A stretch of 64,000 nt of DNA. It comes from Candidatus Hydrogenedentota bacterium (lineage in GTDB: Bacteria > Hydrogenedentota > Hydrogenedentia > Hydrogenedentales > SLHB01). The stretch spans positions 1,920,001-1,984,000 of the forward strand of contig CAXXYE010000009.1 of the NCBI GenBank assembly GCA_963674865.2, in the 5' to 3' direction. The position numbers were made by a program, and so were the translations under genes. A model generated the notes under the pieces. That model had not been told where the DNA came from, made no database searches, and worked only from the letters and a program-made list of their open reading frames with translations. This document shows, one piece after another, positions 60,838 through 64,000 of the stretch. Each line of letters starts with the position of its first letter. Position 1 is the first letter of the stretch.

Positions 60838-62694
60838 CTAATGCCTTTTGCGTTCGCTCAGAAGCAGGATGTCCCGCAATTGATCCAGGTGTTTGACCTG
60901 TGTCCATCGCCGCTCGAATGAGCGCTTCTGCACGATGTGCGCTATCGCCGCAAGCGCCTTAAGATGTAGACTCCGCTGGTCCTTGGTGCCGTAGATGATG
61001 AAAACGGCCTTGATAGACGGGTAGCCCTTCCCCCAATCTATGCCCTTTCGACAGCGAACCAACGCGACGTGGAAGGCCCCACTGCCAGGCAAAACAAGGT
61101 GCGGCACCGCCACGAAATCGGACAGGGCCGTGCTACCCTGCGCTTCGCGGGCTGTAAGCAGTTCCTGGACGCGTTCAGGGCTTAGCTGTAAGCGGGGGGC
61201 AACGTGTGTCGACACCCGCGCAAAGAGCATATCGCGGTCACAGGACTCGTCAATATCCAGCACGATCGCTTCGTGAACAGCGTTGTCGAACTCGTCCTGG
61301 TTCTCTTGGTCTCGCTCGTTGACGATGGCCTTCAGCTCGGATTCCAAAGAATAAGAGGCAAGATCTTTCGAGGTGATGCGTTCGATGAGATGCAGAAGAG
61401 CGTACTCCTGATTGGAGCGCTTACGTCCATACAGGAGATAGGTCAGCAAAGCCGCCAGTACAAGGCCCAGACTGATCTCGATGGTGGCGAGGCCCATATC
61501 CACTATCAGAAGGCAAAAGGCCGCAATACCGAGTCCCGGCAACCACGGATAGCCGGGCACTCGGAAGGTGGGCCGATAGTTCTGAAGGCCGCTGTGGCGC
61601 AGCACAATTACGGCCACGCCGGCGAGCACGTACGTCGTTAAGACGACGGTGGAAGCGGCTTTGACCAGCAGTTCGAGATCGAGCAGCAATGAAAGAAAGA
61701 CCACTAGTCCCGTAACTGCGACTGCCGTCACCGGCGTGCCGAACCGATTGCTGACGTGCTGAAATGGCCGGGGCAAGAGGTTGTCGCGGCTCAGGGCCAG
61801 TGGGTACCGGGACGCAGAGATGATGCCGGCATTGGCGGTCGTGATAAACGCCAGCATCGCCGCGATGGTCACGACAATGTAGCCCGTCCATCCCGCTGCC
61901 GACCGCGCCGCATCGGCCAACGGGCTCATGGATCCACCAAGTCGTTCGGCGGGCAGCACACCTACCGTCACATAAAGCAGACCTGTGTACACGACCGTAA
62001 TGACGATCACCGAGGAGATGAAGGCCAGCGGAATGTTGCGTGTGGGATTCTCTACCTCCTCAGCTAACGTGGCGATGTTGAGCAGGCCTCCGAAAGAAAC
62101 AAACACGAAGCCAGCGGTGAAGAAAATCGCGTTCAGTCCGTGGGGCAAGACAGGCAAGTAGTGTTCAGGTCTTACGCCGTCCAAACCAACAAAGAAGTAG
62201 AGCGCCATCAGGGCCAACAGACTGATGACAAGCACGACTTCGAGCCGGGCCGCTTCCTTGACCCCAAAGATGTTCAGGCCCGTAAAGACAAGGCAAATCG
62301 GTGCAGCGACCATCAGTATCGGTATTCCAGTGAGCAGATGGACCACTTCTGCCATGCCGAAAATCGCGAACGACGTTTTGAGCGACAAGGCAAACCAGCT
62401 CAGAAGTCCGGAAACGGTGCCTGCCAGGGGCCCCAGGCTCCGCGTGACGTAATAGAAATCCCCGCCGGCTTTGGGCATCGCTGTCGCCAATTCGGCGACG
62501 TTCATGATGCCGATTAACGCCAAGCATCCAGCGAGAGCGTACGAAATAATGACTGCCGGACCAGCCAGCGCGTAAGCCAGCCCGGGCAGAATGAATATGC
62601 CCGAACTGATCATCGCCCCCGACGCGATACAGAACACGTCGAGAAAGCTTAAGCTCTTGGCCAGACCCCTTGGACTGCTATTTGTCATGTTCAA
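60838..62694 (-). CDS. APC-family amino-acid permease with a C-terminal PTS EIIA domain
   Basis: 'GAMISSGIFILPG' and 'AELATAMPKAGG' with multiple TMs; C-terminal 'REAQGST...VAVPHL' EIIA motif. Confidence 0.88.
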   Translation of the reverse strand: MNMTNSSPRGLAKSLSFLDVFCIASGAMISSGIFILPGLAYALAGPAVIISYALAGCLALIGIMNVAELATAMPKAGGDFYYVTRSLGPLAGTVSGLLSWFALSLKTSFAIFGMAEVVHLLTGIPILMVAAPICLVFTGLNIFGVKEAARLEVVLVISLLALMALYFFVGLDGVRPEHYLPVLPHGLNAIFFTAGFVFVSFGGLLNIATLAEEVENPTRNIPLAFISSVIVITVVYTGLLYVTVGVLPAERLGGSMSPLADAARSAAGWTGYIVVTIAAMLAFITTANAGIISASRYPLALSRDNLLPRPFQHVSNRFGTPVTAVAVTGLVVFLSLLLDLELLVKAASTVVLTTYVLAGVAVIVLRHSGLQNYRPTFRVPGYPWLPGLGIAAFCLLIVDMGLATIEISLGLVLAALLTYLLYGRKRSNQEYALLHLIERITSKDLASYSLESELKAIVNERDQENQDEFDNAVHEAIVLDIDESCDRDMLFARVSTHVAPRLQLSPERVQELLTAREAQGSTALSDFVAVPHLVLPGSGAFHVALVRCRKGIDWGKGYPSIKAVFIIYGTKDQRSLHLKALAAIAHIVQKRSFERRWTQVKHLDQLRDILLLSERKRH

Positions 62695-62849
62695 CCGCCT
62701 GTAACCAGAGCACAGTCGTTTCCCGCAGATGTAGCCCTCTGCGCCCTTGCCGTCAAGGTCACTTCCACTTTCACGACCTCTGCTCGTCGCCCCACCATCT
62801 CAGCGTCCACAGCAGTCCCATTCCCGAGCCGCGGGAGGCTACGAAGAAG

Positions 62850-63161
62850 CCGCCTATCCCATGGACGACGTTTGCCCCCGCCCACTTGGACTCGATGGTG
62901 AGCAGCGATCTCTTCAACAAGCCTATGTTCACGCTCGGAGGAATCCGCAGGGCTTGTTTTCTCGTGTTCATTGATCTCGGAAGCCGGACAGTGTTTCATA
63001 GTCCAAGCGCCTATCATCCCGATTCCAAGTGGGTGATGCAACAAGCGCGTACCGCCTCGATGTGGATAGAAAACGAGGGTGTTCGACGTCGAGTACGCGA
63101 CCACATTGAGCTTTCGGGAACGCTATGCGCAGCATTTCTTGATGATTCTGAGTACTATTGA
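62850..63161 (+). pseudogene. Degenerate integrase-core (rve/DDE) transposase fragment
   Basis: 'WTTF..AH....SDLF.K..FTLGG....LVFIDLGSR.V......HPDSKWVMQQAR' resembles rve integrase-core proteins; no intact start or end. Confidence 0.6.
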
Positions 63162-63400
63162 AGCTTCTTTGAGCTTTTTCGGAATAACCTGTAGGTTCAG
63201 TGCTAGCAACGCGTAAGAATGAATGCGAACGGCCCCGGGCACACCCATGTGGGAAATCTCGGTTATCCCCAAGGCACTCGTCGCGGCGCTCGAACGACAC
63301 TTGGGCTATGGCCTCCGCAGCCATGCGGCGGAATTCGCGGCGGGGACACGGTGTTTCGTTACCATGGTAGAATGAATTCGAACAGAGGAGGCCTGCTACC

Positions 63401-63970
63401 ATGAGGAGACTGCGTTGGGCATCTCAGAGCATTTCCTTGGGAGCTATAGCACTGGTCCTCGTCCTGACGGGCGGGGCCCTGAGTGGCTGTCCGTCGCCGC
63501 CGCAGACCGTAACGTTCGTTGACTTGGAGCGCTACATGGGCCTGTGGTATCAAGTCGCTGGCTACTCCTTTTTCCCGACGCGGAATTTGGTGGGCGTGAC
63601 GGCTGAGTATACTCTTCAGGAAGACGGAACGGTGCGGGTGGTGAACCGTGGTTTCGATGGAGGCTTCGACGGGCCGGAAGAGGTCATCGAGGGCACCGCG
63701 CGCGTCGTAGACACGACGACAAATGCCAAACTCGAAGTGATATTCCCCTCCATCCTCGCGGGGCTCTTGAAGGGCGAGTACTGGATTATTGCTCTCGACG
63801 ATGTCGACTACAGCTACGCCGTCGTATCGGACTCGCGGCGCGCCACGCTCTTTGTCCTCAGCCGTACTCCCGTCATGGCGCCTAGCGTGCTCGATGCCAT
63901 CATCGAGGACCTCGTCGCCCGCGGCTACAACCGGAATCGCATCGTCGATTTCCCCCAGCTTGCTGAGTAG
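63401..63970 (+). CDS. blc: Bacterial lipocalin (Blc-like lipoprotein)
   Basis: GGAGG RBS; lipobox 'LSGC'; 'VDLERYMGLWYQVA', 'YWIIALD' and 'LSRTP'. Confidence 0.88.
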   Translation: MRRLRWASQSISLGAIALVLVLTGGALSGCPSPPQTVTFVDLERYMGLWYQVAGYSFFPTRNLVGVTAEYTLQEDGTVRVVNRGFDGGFDGPEEVIEGTARVVDTTTNAKLEVIFPSILAGLLKGEYWIIALDDVDYSYAVVSDSRRATLFVLSRTPVMAPSVLDAIIEDLVARGYNRNRIVDFPQLAE

Positions 63971-64000
63971 AACGAAGTTAGCTTCAATTCCGCAATGTTC

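Overview
This is a GC-rich bacterial window. The CFI-box-CTERM adhesin, Tat-exported sulfatases, many orphan secreted glycan enzymes and GGGACAGTCCC repeats suggest Ca. Hydrogenedentes or a related lineage; that assignment is inference. The left ~28 kb looks like backbone. It holds mlaD/pqiC-like genes, a thioesterase, an SDR-aminotransferase fusion, an unusual XPF(ERCC4)-HhH2-NucS-like fusion nuclease, a beta-helix/FGE fusion, a GntR-linked aminotransferase/sulfatase unit and a 2.7k-aa multi-repeat adhesin. Two 3'-half tRNA-Val(TAC) fragments lie at 28234-28280 and 30064-30110, exactly 1830 bp apart, and their T-stems differ by compensatory changes. They bracket an integrase-less mini-element carrying an excisionase-like HTH and a 366-aa orphan. 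They probably also mark the distal end of a larger island running off the right edge. That region carries a block of uncharacterised secreted glycan enzymes with an IS200 insertion. It also carries an apparent photoprotection module: C30 carotenoid genes (crtN, crtP, aldH, crtQ, crtO; no synthase in the window), a TPR protein, two lipocalins (one pseudogenised) and an intact BLUF-EAL light-regulated c-di-GMP phosphodiesterase. I saw no rRNA, intact tRNA or CRISPR array. All calls come from motif recognition by eye, with no database searches.
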